Of a stretch of 55,077 nucleotides of DNA, positions 27,315 through 38,364 are shown in pieces. The number at the start of each line of letters is the position of its first letter. The first letter of the stretch is position 1. The stretch comes from a virus (Duplodnaviria; Caudoviricetes): positions 1 through 55,077 of IMG/VR virus record IMGVR_UViG_3300027676_000003. One strand, written 5' to 3'. The notes under the pieces are model-generated. The model was not told where the DNA came from. It saw only the letters and a list, made by a program, of their open reading frames with translations, and searched no databases. A program made the translations under genes and the position numbers.

Positions 27315-30300
27315 ATGAAAAAACACCCGCTTGCAATCGACGCGAACATTATTACACTGCCTCGCGCAACCAACGCGAGAGAAGTCATGGCCCTTCCCCA
27401 ACGCGCGCGCCGCTGGATTCCCAAAACCGTGATCACGCCGGATTTCACTAACCAGCTTGATCTTTTCTCCGAAGCGGTTACAGATACTCCCGCACCGGTT
27501 GAAACCGCTCCGGCGCGCACATCCGGTATATCTCATGCCCGACCACGACCGCCTCAGCAGCTTGATTTTGGAACACTGGACGCGCTACCACCCCTCGATG
27601 CTGGTCCAGCTCCAGATGGAGAGGCGGCTCGCGCAGGAACTGGAGAGAACTGCGGAGATGTTCGCAGAGATGATGTACCAGCTGGTATCGGTTCAGGGGA
27701 TGGAATACAGCCAGGCGTGGGAGCTGGCGATCCAGGAATTCCTGTTACCGGCAGAGTCTTCGTCGACGAACCCGACGAAAAGCCCTCCCGAGACTTCCGA
27801 ATCACCGACGCCCATTCTATCGGGATGGGAGGCGCGCATGAGAAAGCGCGCGCGAACATCGAAGCCATCCGGCTCCTGAAGAAACTCGAAGGGGAAAACC
27901 GGGACGCAACTGACGAAGAGAAGGCGATCCTGTCCAGATACGTCGGCTGGGGAGCGCTAGCTAACTCGCTCTTCGACTACTACGTCGCGCCTGAATGGAA
28001 GAGTACCGCGGCAGAGGTGCGGGACGTGCTCACTCCCGAAGAATACGCATCCGCGCGCGCATCAACGCCCAACGCACATTTCACCTCCCCGATGGTCATA
28101 AAGGCCATCTGGGACGGCCTGGGCCGTATGGGGCTGGGCAAGGGGCAGGTTCTCGAACCCGCCATGGGAGTCGGGCATTTCTTCGGGCTGCAACCGGAAT
28201 CCATGGTGGGCCGGAGGACGGGCATCGAACTCGATTCCATCACGGCCCGCATCGCCCAGAAGCTTTATCCCGATTCCACAATATTCGCCAAAGGCTTTGA
28301 GGAAACGCCGCTTCCGGATAATTACTTCGATGCCGTCGTCGGAAATGTTCCTTTCGGGGATTATGCGGTCCACGACCCCAAAATGAAGCACCAGCTCACG
28401 CGCTCCATCCACGACTATTTCTTCGCCAAATCGCTTGAGAAGGTCAGGCCCGGGGGGGGCATGGCGCTCATCACCAGCCGGTACACCATGGACAAACAGG
28501 ATGAAACGGTGAGGAAGTACCTTTCGGAGAAAGCCGATCTCCTGGGCGCCATCCGCCTTCCCAATACTGCTTTCAAAGGTAATGCCGGAACGGAAGTCAC
28601 GACCGATATTCTCTTCCTCAAAAAGCGCGCGCCCGGCGAACCCTCAGGTGAATCGTGGCTGCACCTGGAGCCGGTCGATACTCCCGACGGGGTCATCCAT
28701 GTCAATGAATATTTCGCCCGCCATCCCGAGATGATGCTGGGAAAAATGAAACTCGAAGGGACGATGTACCGCGGGGCCGAGCCCACACTGGAGGGCCAGC
28801 TTACCCCGGAATTGCTCGCGCAGGCCGTAAGCCGGTTGCCCAAAGGCGCATTCGTCCCGCGAGACCTGCAGCGGCCACCACCCAAGCCGATCCTCGACGC
28901 GGAAGCCTTTAAGGGTATCAAGGACGGGGCTTATGCCATCAGGGATGGTGCGATAGTCATCCGAAACGGCAGCAGCTTCGAGCCCGCCAGCCTTTCGGAG
29001 ACCACCACCGGCAGGGTCCGCGGCATGATGGCGATCCGCGATGCGGTAAGACTTGTGTTTCAAACCCAGTTGGAGGACGCCCCGGAAAGCCAAATTACCC
29101 AAGCCAGGCAGATTCTCAACAGCATCTACGACAGCTACGCAAGGAAGTACGGACCCCTCTCTTCGCGTGAGAATATCCGGGCATTTGCAGGAGACCCCGA
29201 CGCGCCACTTCTTCTCTCCCTTGAACATTACGATCCCGACAGCAAGAGAGCCGTGAAGATGCCCATCTTCACCCGCCGCACTCTTGACAAGCGAAGACCG
29301 GCGGAGCATGTCGAGACTGCCGCCGAGGCGCTCGCGATTTCCCTGAATGAAACAGGTGGAATCCACTGGCCAACACTGGTGCGGCTTACCGGACGGCAAA
29401 ACACGCAACTCCAGCAGGAACTCGACGGGCTGGTTTATCGCAATCCCGAAGGCGAGTGGGAAACGGCGGATCGCTACTTAAGCGGCGACGTCCGCGCGAA
29501 ACTCAAAGCCGCCGAGGCCGCGGTTGCCATCGATCCTTGCTACAAGCGCAACCTTGAGGCGCTGAAGGCGGTCCAGCCGGCGGATCTCCTCCCGGGAGAT
29601 ATCAGCGCAAGGCTTGGCTCTTCCTGGATTCCGGCCAGCGACGTTAGGCGCTTCATCGCGGAATTGCTCGATACCCCGGAAAGCGGTATCAACATCAGCC
29701 ATTCCGGCGCAATAGCCTCATGGGCGGTGACGCTCGACTATACTGCCAAGACCGCCGTGGCAAACACGACCACGTGGGGAACCCCGCGCATTACCGCTGC
29801 CGAACTGATAGACGACGCCCTGAACGGTCGCACACCCACCATCTACGACCAGGTCGACAAGGATACTCGTGTCGTCAACCAGCAGGAAACCATCGCCGCA
29901 AGGGAAGCGCAGCAGAAGATCAAGGACAGATTCTCAGAGTGGATATGGCAGGACGAGGAACGCGCTCAGAGACTTTCCCGCCTCTACAACGACCGCTTCA
30001 ACAATATCCGGCTCAGAACCTATGACGGGTCGCACCTGACCTTCCCCGGAATGAACCGTTCCATGCTCCGGAAGGCTGATCTCGATAAGCACCAGAAGGA
30101 CGCAATATGGCGCACGTTGCAGAGCGACAATACGATGCTCGCACATTGCGTTGGAGCGGGAAAGACCTGGGAAATGGTGGCCGCCGCCATGGAAATGAAA
30201 CGCCTGGGCCTTGCGCATAAGCCCATGATCGTCGTCCCGAACCACCTGGTCGAGCAATGGGGCGCGGCCTTCTTACAGCTCTACCCCCACGCCAACATCC

Positions 30301-32585
30301 TCGTCGCCGGTAAGGATTTCTTCGCCTCAGGCAACCGGCAGAAAGCCATGGCGCGCATCGCCACTGGAAATTACGACGCGGTGATCGTCTCTCATAAATC
30401 GTTTGAGTTTCTGCCGGTATCAGATGAGACCTTCGAGAGATTCGTCGGAAAACAGATCGACCAGTTGGAAGATGCCATCCGGGAGGTGAAAGCTGAAAAG
30501 GGCGACAACCGCAGGATCGTCAAGGAACTGGAGAAGGCGAAGAAGCGACTCACGGCAAAACTGAAGGAGCGTGCCGACCGCGAGCGGAAGGATGACGGCA
30601 TCACCTTCGAGCAGATGGGGATAGACCGGATTTTCGTTGACGAAAGTGATCTTTTCAAGAATCTCGGGGTGCAATCCAAGATGACGCGCGTGGCGGGGAT
30701 CTCGAATACCGAAAGCAACCGCGCGCTCGATATGTACATGAAGACCCGCTATATCGCGGAGCGGGGAGGCGGTATCGTGTTCGCCACCGGGACGCCGATT
30801 TCAAACACCATGGCCGAGATGTATATCCTACAGCGCTACCTCGCGCCAGAACTCTTGCAGGCGGCGGGTGTTGAACACTTCGACGCATGGGCTGCCAACT
30901 TCGGCGAAGCGGTCACGGCACTGGAACTGGCACCCGACGGCTCCGGATACCGGATGCATACCCGGTTCTCCAAATTCGTCAACCTGCCCGAGCTGCTCTC
31001 GATGTTCCGCACCTTCGCTGACGTGCAGACGGCGGACATGCTGCACCTTCCGAGACCCGAAATCGACGGCGGCAAGCCGCATATTACGGCCGCCCCGGCA
31101 TCACCAGCGCTTAAGGATTTTGTCGCAAGTCTCGTGGAGCGCGCCCAGAAACTTAAGACCGTCAAAGACCCGCGCGCCGACAACATGCTGAAAATCACAG
31201 GAGACGGACGCAAGGCCGCGCTCGACATGCGCCTGGTCGGCGGTGTTGTGGATGAAGGCGTGGATACGAAGGTTTCCCGCGCCATCACGAAAATCTACGA
31301 CACCTGGGCGGCCACCCACGGCAAGAAATCGACCCAGCTCGTCTTCTGTGACTTATCCACCCCGAACGCCGACAAGTTCAATGTCTATGACGAAATCCGC
31401 GAGAAGCTTATCGCCAAAGGCGTTCCTGAGAAGGAAATCGCCTACATCCACGACGCCGATACGGATATCCAGAAGAAGAACCTCTTTGACGCGGTGAATG
31501 CCGGGAAGGTCCGCATCCTGCTTGGCTCGACGGAAAAAATGGGCGCCGGGACGAACGTGCAGAAGCGCCTCGTGGCACTGCATCATCTCGATGCGCCATG
31601 GAGACCTCGTGATATCGAACAACGGGAGGGCCGGATACTCCGGCAGGGCAATGAAAATCCGAGCATCCAGATTCATCGTTACGTTACAGAGGGTTCGTTC
31701 GATGCCTATATGTGGCAATGCTTGGAAACAAAAGCGAGATTTATCAATCAGGTGATGAACGGCAGCGTCACTGTGCGGCAGGCCGAAGACTTGGAAGGCG
31801 GCGCGCTTACCTACGCCGAAATCAAAGCCATCGCATCCGGCAATCCGGCGGTGATGGAGAAGGTCAAAGTCGATACCGAAGTCCGCAAGCTCGACCAGCT
31901 CCGGGCTTCCCATGTGAACCAGCAGTACAAAATCCGCAGGGAATTGGCGAGTCTGCCGGACCAGATTGACCGGCTGAAGAAGTACCACGCCGCCGTCAGT
32001 TCCGATATTGCTACACGCGATACGCACGCCGACGAAGACTTCGTGATGAAGGTCGGGAATCGGGAGTTCTCGGGCAAGGGCGCGCGTGAGGAGGCTGGGA
32101 ATGCACTCAACACCGTGGTCATGTCATGGCGAGACGACAAGACGCTCAGAGTTCGCGGGCACTACCGGGGATTCGAGATACTGAGCCGGGGCAGCGACTT
32201 CAAGGACGGCAGACCTGACATCTACGTCCGAGGCAAGGCCACTTATGAGGCAAACCTGAATCCGGAAAGCCCGCTCGGCACGATCGCCAGTATCGATCAT
32301 GTCCTGCGCAGCCTGGATAAGCGCGCTGAGGATGAGCAGCACGACATTGAGCGCCACGAGAAGGCCCTGTCCGATTACAGGGCGCAGCTTGGGAAGCCCT
32401 TCGAGCATGAGCTGCGGTTGAAGGAACTGCTGGCGAAGCAGGCGCAGCTTAACGCGGTACTTGATCTCGACAAGCACGATGCCCAAGTCGTTGCCGAAAG
32501 CCCGGATGCCGACACCAGAGAGGTTCCCTCCACATTCGCCGGTCGGGTGTCCCAGGGCGCGACCGCCGCACTGGCGCCGCAGTAG
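27315..32585 (+). CDS. DarB-like N6-methyltransferase/SNF2 helicase fusion (start uncertain)
   Basis: [52 protein letters not shown]. Confidence 0.92.
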   Translation: MKKHPLAIDANIITLPRATNAREVMALPQRARRWIPKTVITPDFTNQLDLFSEAVTDTPAPVETAPARTSGISHARPRPPQQLDFGTLDALPPLDAGPAPDGEAARAGTGENCGDVRRDDVPAGIGSGDGIQPGVGAGDPGIPVTGRVFVDEPDEKPSRDFRITDAHSIGMGGAHEKARANIEAIRLLKKLEGENRDATDEEKAILSRYVGWGALANSLFDYYVAPEWKSTAAEVRDVLTPEEYASARASTPNAHFTSPMVIKAIWDGLGRMGLGKGQVLEPAMGVGHFFGLQPESMVGRRTGIELDSITARIAQKLYPDSTIFAKGFEETPLPDNYFDAVVGNVPFGDYAVHDPKMKHQLTRSIHDYFFAKSLEKVRPGGGMALITSRYTMDKQDETVRKYLSEKADLLGAIRLPNTAFKGNAGTEVTTDILFLKKRAPGEPSGESWLHLEPVDTPDGVIHVNEYFARHPEMMLGKMKLEGTMYRGAEPTLEGQLTPELLAQAVSRLPKGAFVPRDLQRPPPKPILDAEAFKGIKDGAYAIRDGAIVIRNGSSFEPASLSETTTGRVRGMMAIRDAVRLVFQTQLEDAPESQITQARQILNSIYDSYARKYGPLSSRENIRAFAGDPDAPLLLSLEHYDPDSKRAVKMPIFTRRTLDKRRPAEHVETAAEALAISLNETGGIHWPTLVRLTGRQNTQLQQELDGLVYRNPEGEWETADRYLSGDVRAKLKAAEAAVAIDPCYKRNLEALKAVQPADLLPGDISARLGSSWIPASDVRRFIAELLDTPESGINISHSGAIASWAVTLDYTAKTAVANTTTWGTPRITAAELIDDALNGRTPTIYDQVDKDTRVVNQQETIAAREAQQKIKDRFSEWIWQDEERAQRLSRLYNDRFNNIRLRTYDGSHLTFPGMNRSMLRKADLDKHQKDAIWRTLQSDNTMLAHCVGAGKTWEMVAAAMEMKRLGLAHKPMIVVPNHLVEQWGAAFLQLYPHANILVAGKDFFASGNRQKAMARIATGNYDAVIVSHKSFEFLPVSDETFERFVGKQIDQLEDAIREVKAEKGDNRRIVKELEKAKKRLTAKLKERADRERKDDGITFEQMGIDRIFVDESDLFKNLGVQSKMTRVAGISNTESNRALDMYMKTRYIAERGGGIVFATGTPISNTMAEMYILQRYLAPELLQAAGVEHFDAWAANFGEAVTALELAPDGSGYRMHTRFSKFVNLPELLSMFRTFADVQTADMLHLPRPEIDGGKPHITAAPASPALKDFVASLVERAQKLKTVKDPRADNMLKITGDGRKAALDMRLVGGVVDEGVDTKVSRAITKIYDTWAATHGKKSTQLVFCDLSTPNADKFNVYDEIREKLIAKGVPEKEIAYIHDADTDIQKKNLFDAVNAGKVRILLGSTEKMGAGTNVQKRLVALHHLDAPWRPRDIEQREGRILRQGNENPSIQIHRYVTEGSFDAYMWQCLETKARFINQVMNGSVTVRQAEDLEGGALTYAEIKAIASGNPAVMEKVKVDTEVRKLDQLRASHVNQQYKIRRELASLPDQIDRLKKYHAAVSSDIATRDTHADEDFVMKVGNREFSGKGAREEAGNALNTVVMSWRDDKTLRVRGHYRGFEILSRGSDFKDGRPDIYVRGKATYEANLNPESPLGTIASIDHVLRSLDKRAEDEQHDIERHEKALSDYRAQLGKPFEHELRLKELLAKQAQLNAVLDLDKHDAQVVAESPDADTREVPSTFAGRVSQGATAALAPQ
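27535..27879 (+). CDS. nested TnpV-like protein in +1 frame
   Basis: HW..YHPSM...L...L..EL...G.....AWEL....LLP.E pattern. Confidence 0.5.
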   Translation: MPDHDRLSSLILEHWTRYHPSMLVQLQMERRLAQELERTAEMFAEMMYQLVSVQGMEYSQAWELAIQEFLLPAESSSTNPTKSPPETSESPTPILSGWEARMRKRARTSKPSGS

Positions 32586-32606
32586 CTTCACGAAAGGAAA
32601 CAGCAT

Positions 32607-33560
32607 ATGAACCCGAACGACAAACCGCCGCCGCGCGACTACCGCCAGGAAGTCACCAACGACATCATACGGATGCTTCAGGAGGGCACGGCCCCCTGGC
32701 AGAAGCCATGGGAAGCCGGCGAGCTTGGCCGGTCACCGTACAACCCCACCACCAACAAGCCGTATCGCGGCGGCAACGTGCTCGGCCTGATGATCGCAAG
32801 CATCCGGAAGGGCTATACGGACCCGCGCTGGTGTACCTATAAACAGGCGGCGGATCAGGGCTGGCAGGTACGAAAGGGCGAGAAATCCACCGCCATTGAA
32901 TTCTGGGAAATCGGGCACGGCAAAGACGATGAGGGAGAATCCGACGCGGACAAACCCCGCTCCCGGATGATTCACCGCGTCTATTCCGTCTTCAATGCCC
33001 AGCAGATAGACGGCATCCCGCCCCTGCATGTCGAGCCGCGCAGAGCCTTCGAACTCATCGAAGCCGGAGAGAACATGCTCCGGAACTCCGGGGCCGACAT
33101 CCGGCACGGCGGCGCGAAGGCATACTACAACCCCGGCACCGACCATATCCAGCTGCCCCCGAAAGACTGCTTCACGGACGAGCCCCGGTACTACAGCACC
33201 GCCCTCCACGAGCTGGCGCACTGGACGGGCGCGAAGCACCGGCTTAACCGGCTCACGGACAACCAGCCGTTCGGCAGCCCCGAGTATGCCAAGGAGGAAA
33301 TCCGGGCCGACCTGTCGAGCCTCTTCCTTGCCGCCGAGCTGGGTATCCCCTACGATCCGAAGGACCAGGCCGCCTACATCCAGAGCTGGATAAAGGTGCT
33401 GAAGAACGACAAGAATGAAGTGTTCAGGGCCGCTGCCGACGCATCAAAGGCGTGCGATTATCTGCATTCGCTGGAAAACGGGCAGGTGAAGACCGCGGAG
33501 CCTGGCCCGCACACCGAGCGCATCAGCGCGGAGGCACAGGAGCGGCGGAGATATCGGTGA
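32607..33560 (+). CDS. ardC: ArdC-family antirestriction ssDNA-binding/zincin protein
   Basis: PWQKPW, YRGGN, W.TYKQA...VRKGEK, VFNAQQ, HELAHWTG, YAKEE. Confidence 0.93.
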   Translation: MNPNDKPPPRDYRQEVTNDIIRMLQEGTAPWQKPWEAGELGRSPYNPTTNKPYRGGNVLGLMIASIRKGYTDPRWCTYKQAADQGWQVRKGEKSTAIEFWEIGHGKDDEGESDADKPRSRMIHRVYSVFNAQQIDGIPPLHVEPRRAFELIEAGENMLRNSGADIRHGGAKAYYNPGTDHIQLPPKDCFTDEPRYYSTALHELAHWTGAKHRLNRLTDNQPFGSPEYAKEEIRADLSSLFLAAELGIPYDPKDQAAYIQSWIKVLKNDKNEVFRAAADASKACDYLHSLENGQVKTAEPGPHTERISAEAQERRRYR

Positions 33561-33569
33561 CGATTTTCC

Positions 33570-33597
33570 TTGACTAGGGCCAGCGGCCCTCTATCAT
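33570..33597 (+). promoter_or_regulatory. promoter with palindromic spacer, probably leaderless
   Basis: TTGACT-16-TATCAT; spacer AGGGCC-agc-GGCCCT; ATG 7 nt after the -10. Confidence 0.7.
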
Positions 33598-33604
33598 CCC
33601 TCGC

Positions 33605-34105
33605 ATGAGCGAAGTATTTTTCATAGCCGATACCCACTTCGGGCATCGCGGGATCATCGAATTCAGCGAGACGAAGTCGCATCGCCCGTTCGACTGCATC
33701 GAAGACCACGACGAGGAATTAGTACGCCGCTGGAACGCCACCGTCGCGCCCAAGGATACTGTATGGCACCTTGGCGATTTCTGCTTCGGCAAACGGAATC
33801 TCGAAATAGCGGGGCGATTGAACGGCAACAAAAAACTCGTCATGGGCAATCACGATATGTACGCAACGGAGGATTACCTTCGCTATTTCACGCGCCTGGC
33901 TGGCGTCGTGGAATACAAGGGGCTTTCGCTCTCCCATGCACCACTCCATGAAAACCAGTTCCCGCGCTGGTACATGAATGTGCATGGGCATCTCCATACA
34001 AAGACGGTGCCGGACCCGCGCTATGTCTGCGTCTCATGCGAACAGACTGACCTTACACCGGTTCCCTTCGACTGGATTCTCAACAAATGGGCGGAGCGCA
34101 ACTAA
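33605..34105 (+). CDS. calcineurin-like metallophosphoesterase
   Basis: DTH, GD, GNHD, SH.P, HGHLH. Confidence 0.92.
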   Translation: MSEVFFIADTHFGHRGIIEFSETKSHRPFDCIEDHDEELVRRWNATVAPKDTVWHLGDFCFGKRNLEIAGRLNGNKKLVMGNHDMYATEDYLRYFTRLAGVVEYKGLSLSHAPLHENQFPRWYMNVHGHLHTKTVPDPRYVCVSCEQTDLTPVPFDWILNKWAERN

Positions 34106-35091
34106 TGACCAGAACCATCGTGAAAATGCAGTTTGGCAGCCACATCTACGGCACAAACCTGCCTACCAGCGACCTCGACTACAAGGCGGTGCATATTCCG
34201 GTCGCGGGCGACATTCTCCTTCAGCGCGTCAAGCCCGCCATTTCCATAAAGACGAAGCAGGATGACACCAAGAAAAATACTGCATCTGATATCGACTTTG
34301 AATCGTTCGCCTTGCAGAAATATATGGCGATGCTCATGGAAGGGCAGACCGTTGCCCTCTCGATGCTCTATACGCCCGAGCAATGGATCATCGAGCGCAC
34401 AGAAGTCTGGGACGGCATAATTGCACAGAAAGAAAAGTGGCTTCATCGCGGCGTCAGCGCGTTTGCCGGTTACTGCCGTCAACAGGCCAACAAGTATGGG
34501 ATCAAGGGAAGCCGCGTGGCTGCTGCACGGGCCGCTGTCGCGCTATTCGAGGGCCTTGTGGCCCAGCACACCGCCCAAACCAAGATTATCGATGTCTGGA
34601 ACGAAATCGAAGCCTTCGTAAAACAAGGTCATGAACACGTCGCCATAGTCGTTGAGGCCCAATTCGATGACCGGCCACCGGCCACAATGCTTGAGGTTTG
34701 CAACCGAAAAGTCCAGCAGCATGCCAACCTGAAAATGGGCTTGAGTATTTACAAGAAAGTCTTTGAGGAGTACGGCGCCCGCGCACTTCAGGCCGAAAAC
34801 AACGAGAACGTGGACTGGAAGGCGATGATGCACGCCCTCCGCGTCTGCCGCGAGGCCGAGGAGTTATTGCTCCGCCACAGCATCACGTACCCACGACCGG
34901 AGGCGGAATTGCTCTTGAAAGTACGCACGGGCGAACTGCCCTATAAAGAGGTCGCGGAGATGCTTGAGCACGGCCTGGTGCGACTGGAGGAGTGCCAGCG
35001 CCTTTCGACACTGCCGGAAAAGGCTGACGCCCTGGAGGCCGAGAGGCTTGTCACGGCAGCCTATACCCAGGAAATCCTGAAGGCCACATGA
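34105..35091 (+). CDS. Pol-beta superfamily nucleotidyltransferase, phage type
   Basis: FGSHIYGTNLPTSDLD; GYC..QA.KYG; DWKAMMHALR; LLKVRTG. Confidence 0.88.
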   Translation: MTRTIVKMQFGSHIYGTNLPTSDLDYKAVHIPVAGDILLQRVKPAISIKTKQDDTKKNTASDIDFESFALQKYMAMLMEGQTVALSMLYTPEQWIIERTEVWDGIIAQKEKWLHRGVSAFAGYCRQQANKYGIKGSRVAAARAAVALFEGLVAQHTAQTKIIDVWNEIEAFVKQGHEHVAIVVEAQFDDRPPATMLEVCNRKVQQHANLKMGLSIYKKVFEEYGARALQAENNENVDWKAMMHALRVCREAEELLLRHSITYPRPEAELLLKVRTGELPYKEVAEMLEHGLVRLEECQRLSTLPEKADALEAERLVTAAYTQEILKAT

Positions 35092-35261
35092 CGCCCGACG
35101 AGTTGGCCGAAATTGGGCAACGGCTTTACGGTAAGCGCTGGCAGACTGCTTTGGCCAGAAGGATAAAAGTGGATGCCAGAACGGTACGCCGCTGGCTAAA
35201 AGGCGACCGGGAGATCAGGCCACAGGTAGCAGAGCATCTCCGGAGCTTGCGCCCGCAGTGA
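35088..35261 (+). CDS. small HTH protein (57 aa, not in ORF track)
   Basis: MTPDELAEIGQRLYGKRWQTALARRIKVDARTVRRWLKG...; ATGA overlap. Confidence 0.8.
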   Translation: MTPDELAEIGQRLYGKRWQTALARRIKVDARTVRRWLKGDREIRPQVAEHLRSLRPQ

Positions 35262-35482
35262 ATTCCGGGTCGGGCGTTTCATCCTCGAAGCCGGAGCCCG
35301 CGAGGGGTTCAGCGCCTAAATCGTCAAGCACGCCCTGCATCTGCTTAGTCATCGGTATCTTCGGCTGTCGTGGCTGCATGCCCAAACCTACTATTTTGTT
35401 TCCCGAATAGGCAAGCCTTTTCCTGCATAAGTCCGCTTGCGTCACATGGGTCACGAATTATGGCATGATGGCGTTAATCGCC

Positions 35483-35848
35483 ATGGCCAAAACAAAAATA
35501 ACGCCAGATCTCCTTCAGGCTGCGTTGGTAGGTTTTGAGGTTGAGAAGCAACGGATCGAGGCCAAGATTGCCGAACTACGGGCCATATTGGGTTCCGCTC
35601 CAGTACCCGCCACAAGATCCGCCAAGCCCAAGCGTACACTTAGCGCCGCCGCGAGAAAGAGAATCGCCGAAGCCCAGAAGCAAAGATGGGCAAAGTTCCG
35701 GTCGGAAGCTCACGCTGCCGGACCAACCAAGCGCGTTTTAAGCGCAGCTGGCCGAAAGGCGATTGTCGCCGCCACCAAGAAGCGATGGGCTGAAAAAAGG
35801 GCGGTAAGGAGTGGCACAGACGGCACCGGCCCCAGAGAAACCGAATGA
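35483..35848 (+). CDS. basic histone-like protein
   Basis: N-terminal coiled coil plus two LSAA.RK.I....K.RWA repeats. Confidence 0.75.
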   Translation: MAKTKITPDLLQAALVGFEVEKQRIEAKIAELRAILGSAPVPATRSAKPKRTLSAAARKRIAEAQKQRWAKFRSEAHAAGPTKRVLSAAGRKAIVAATKKRWAEKRAVRSGTDGTGPRETE

Positions 35849-35861
35849 GGTTCGTACATCC

Positions 35862-36257
35862 ATGACAAAAGCGGATGCAAAGAAGGCATACGAAGACCTC
35901 TCGGCCAAGGCAAGTGACATCGTGCGGCAGCTTTCGTTTGGCGGAATAGCGTTGATCTGGCTCTTTCGGCTCGGCACAGATAAGGTCTTTACTTTGGATC
36001 AAACGATGCTGAATGCCGCTCTCTTCATCTTCCTGGCGCTCTTTTTCGACTTCTTGCAGTATCTTTGCAGTACTCTGATCTGGTTTATATACTTCAGATA
36101 TAAAGAGAAGAAGAATATTCCGGCGGCCGAAGACTTCAAAGCTCCGGAACAACTGAACTGGCCAGGCTGGGTGTTCTTCGGCGCGAAAGCGGTAATGATT
36201 CTTGTTGCCTATCTGGGATTCATCATCCCATTCCTGTTCCGAAAATTCGTCGGATAA
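35862..36257 (+). CDS. membrane protein (about 3 TM)
   Basis: Three hydrophobic segments, GAGG RBS. Confidence 0.75.
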   Translation: MTKADAKKAYEDLSAKASDIVRQLSFGGIALIWLFRLGTDKVFTLDQTMLNAALFIFLALFFDFLQYLCSTLIWFIYFRYKEKKNIPAAEDFKAPEQLNWPGWVFFGAKAVMILVAYLGFIIPFLFRKFVG

Positions 36258-36315
36258 AATGAGACTCTCGCCGCTTCCCCATATGCCAAAATGGTCCAGG
36301 GGAATCAAAGGAACC

Positions 36316-36684
36316 ATGGCTAAACTCACGAACACCATCATCGAAGCCGCCATTGCGGGTTTCGAGGCACAGAAGAAAAGCATCGACGGCCAGATCGCGC
36401 AACTGCGCGGGATGCTGATCGGCGCAGCGGTACCCGCCGAGGAGGCACCGGCAAAAGGAACGCGTAGGAAATTCAGCGCGGCAGCCCGCAAGAGGATGCG
36501 GGAGGCTCAGCAGGCCAGGTGGGCGAAGATCCGGGGTGAATCATCTCAACCCAGCAAGAACGCCGATCCCGCGAAAACCGCTCCGGCAGCCAAGCCCAAG
36601 CGCAAACTGTCTGCCGCGGGTCGGAAGGCGATCAGCGCAGCAATGAAGAAGCGCTGGGCTGCTAAAAGAGTTGGCCGTGTTTAG
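36316..36684 (+). CDS. basic histone-like protein, paralog of 35483-35848
   Basis: Same GFE..K..I...IA.LR N-terminus and SAA.RK...RWA repeats. Confidence 0.75.
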   Translation: MAKLTNTIIEAAIAGFEAQKKSIDGQIAQLRGMLIGAAVPAEEAPAKGTRRKFSAAARKRMREAQQARWAKIRGESSQPSKNADPAKTAPAAKPKRKLSAAGRKAISAAMKKRWAAKRVGRV

Positions 36685-36708
36685 CGCTGCGAATGAGTTG
36701 CGATGAAT

Positions 36709-37614
36709 CTATTTACTCCGGCGACTTCCAAAGTCCCCATCGCAAACTAGAGCCAGAGGGCTCTGGTCAAACCACCATTCGTCATATTCGGACTTCGCGG
36801 CAATGATGGCAGCATCACCCTGTGGGTCGCCAATCTTACTCCAGAAGAATTCCTTCGAGATACCGCGACGAAGACACATCTCTGTGACCATCTCGTCACG
36901 CTCGGCGTCCGTAGTCACGAGAGCCTGTGGGATCACTAAGTCAGTAACTGGAGGCTCGCCCGGCTTCAGAAACACCTTATGTATGAGGTCAAAATACGAC
37001 GGCTTCGACCAATATTCATACAACTCAAAGGTCAAATCTCCATTGTCGATCTTGATGAAGTCTAGTCCACTTTCGTCCTCAAAAAAGTGAACGGTGACGG
37101 CACGTGGGGCGAAGTATTCTGCAAGCTTCCGTTTGAAATCCCCTGCCTTTATCATTTTGCGTCCCGACCACCGTTCTGAATTCTCCGGATCTACGCCGAC
37201 CGCCTTAACCACCTGCTTAATTGACCGATCGAAAATCTCATGGCTGTTTTTTCTCCTTTTCGCTTTGCTCCAATCCGTGAAGTCTATGTATTTCTTTCCC
37301 TTCAAAAAACTCGGGATTTTACAATCGCGAAATAAGATCGAAATTACCCTGAGTCGTGCCTGCTTGATTTGGTTCCCGAGCGCAAGCTCCAGTTCTTCCT
37401 GAACCCACCGTGAGTTTACAGAATTTGGTGTGAGGATAATTGCCAAAAAGGCCATCTCCTCGATGGCCGCCGATATCGTTCGTATCAGACTCGAACCGGC
37501 CTTAATTTCATCTTCATCCACCCACACGCGAATATCAAACCGCTCAAGGCGGCTCTTTAGCATACGAACAAACGGCTTGTCGATGGAGCTGTGGCAAATG
37601 AATATCGATGACAT
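36709..37614 (-). CDS. TIR-domain protein with unknown C-terminal domain
   Basis: IFICHSSIDK, VWVD..EI..G, SVNSRWVQEEL. Confidence 0.88.
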   Translation of the reverse strand: MSSIFICHSSIDKPFVRMLKSRLERFDIRVWVDEDEIKAGSSLIRTISAAIEEMAFLAIILTPNSVNSRWVQEELELALGNQIKQARLRVISILFRDCKIPSFLKGKKYIDFTDWSKAKRRKNSHEIFDRSIKQVVKAVGVDPENSERWSGRKMIKAGDFKRKLAEYFAPRAVTVHFFEDESGLDFIKIDNGDLTFELYEYWSKPSYFDLIHKVFLKPGEPPVTDLVIPQALVTTDAERDEMVTEMCLRRGISKEFFWSKIGDPQGDAAIIAAKSEYDEWWFDQSPLALVCDGDFGSRRSK

Positions 37615-37945
37615 TGGCCTTCCAATACGCACATTCTATCAACCAGCCGGCCACGAGGAACAGTGCTTATTTGCCCCCCCGTGTTTCCGGGTGTTGAACG
37701 CCGGTTCAAAGCGCTGATTTCTTCAAGCCCCTTCCTTTCACCTTCATCAGGCCAGCCACATCAATTCCGATCCTTTGCTCGAAACCTGCCACAAATCGGC
37801 CTTAGGGACGTCAAGCCGCGGCCCGCTCCATTCGCCGCGCCGGTAGTCGCACGTCTCCCGTGTAACGCCTTGACGTCAGTCCGATCCATGACCGGTTCTT
37901 CGCAAGGTCGGCAATGATGCCGGCCTGAAATCGAAAGGAAAGTTT

Positions 37946-38272
37946 ATGAAGAAGTCAGCTCTACCGATCGGCCAGTTCACCAAGACGGAACACGGCTACA
38001 CCGGGAAACTCGAAACCCTCGCGGTTAAGGCGAACATCACGCTCCAGCCGAACGACGACAAGGAGAAGGATTCGCACCCGGATTTCATCGTCCTTCACGG
38101 ACAGACCGAGATCGGCGTGGCGTGGAACCAGGAGGACGACCGCGGATTCTATGTGTCCATCGTCTTCGAGGAGCCTAGCCTCGCGCCCGGTTCATACAAG
38201 CTCATCAAGACCGGCGTGGAAAAGGGTTACGAGCTGCGGTATCGCAAGCCTTACAACAAGAAGGACAAATAG
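37946..38272 (+). CDS. DUF736-family protein
   Basis: IGQF...YTG.L.TL, HPDF.V, EIGVAW, YVSI. Confidence 0.8.
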   Translation: MKKSALPIGQFTKTEHGYTGKLETLAVKANITLQPNDDKEKDSHPDFIVLHGQTEIGVAWNQEDDRGFYVSIVFEEPSLAPGSYKLIKTGVEKGYELRYRKPYNKKDK

Positions 38273-38280
38273 GCCTCGGG

Positions 38281-38308
38281 AGGGGCGGCTCCGGTCGCCC
38301 CTTTTTTT
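38281..38308 (+). terminator. rho-independent terminator
   Basis: aggggcggc-tccg-gtcgcccct followed by a T run. Confidence 0.85.
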
Positions 38309-38312
38309 CCTC

Positions 38313-38341
38313 TTGACGTATACGCATACACACTGTATGCA
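38313..38341 (+). promoter_or_regulatory. promoter with operator-like palindrome
   Basis: TTGACG at 38313; GCATACA-cac-TGTATGC at 38324-38340. Confidence 0.6.
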
Positions 38342-38364
38342 TATCGAAACAAAAGGAGCCATCC

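Noticed and set aside
35215-35454. 79-aa minus ORF
   Set aside because: Overlaps the HTH gene end; no motif or clear RBS; could be a remnant
35640-36491. 283-aa minus ORF
   Set aside because: Spans three better-supported + strand genes
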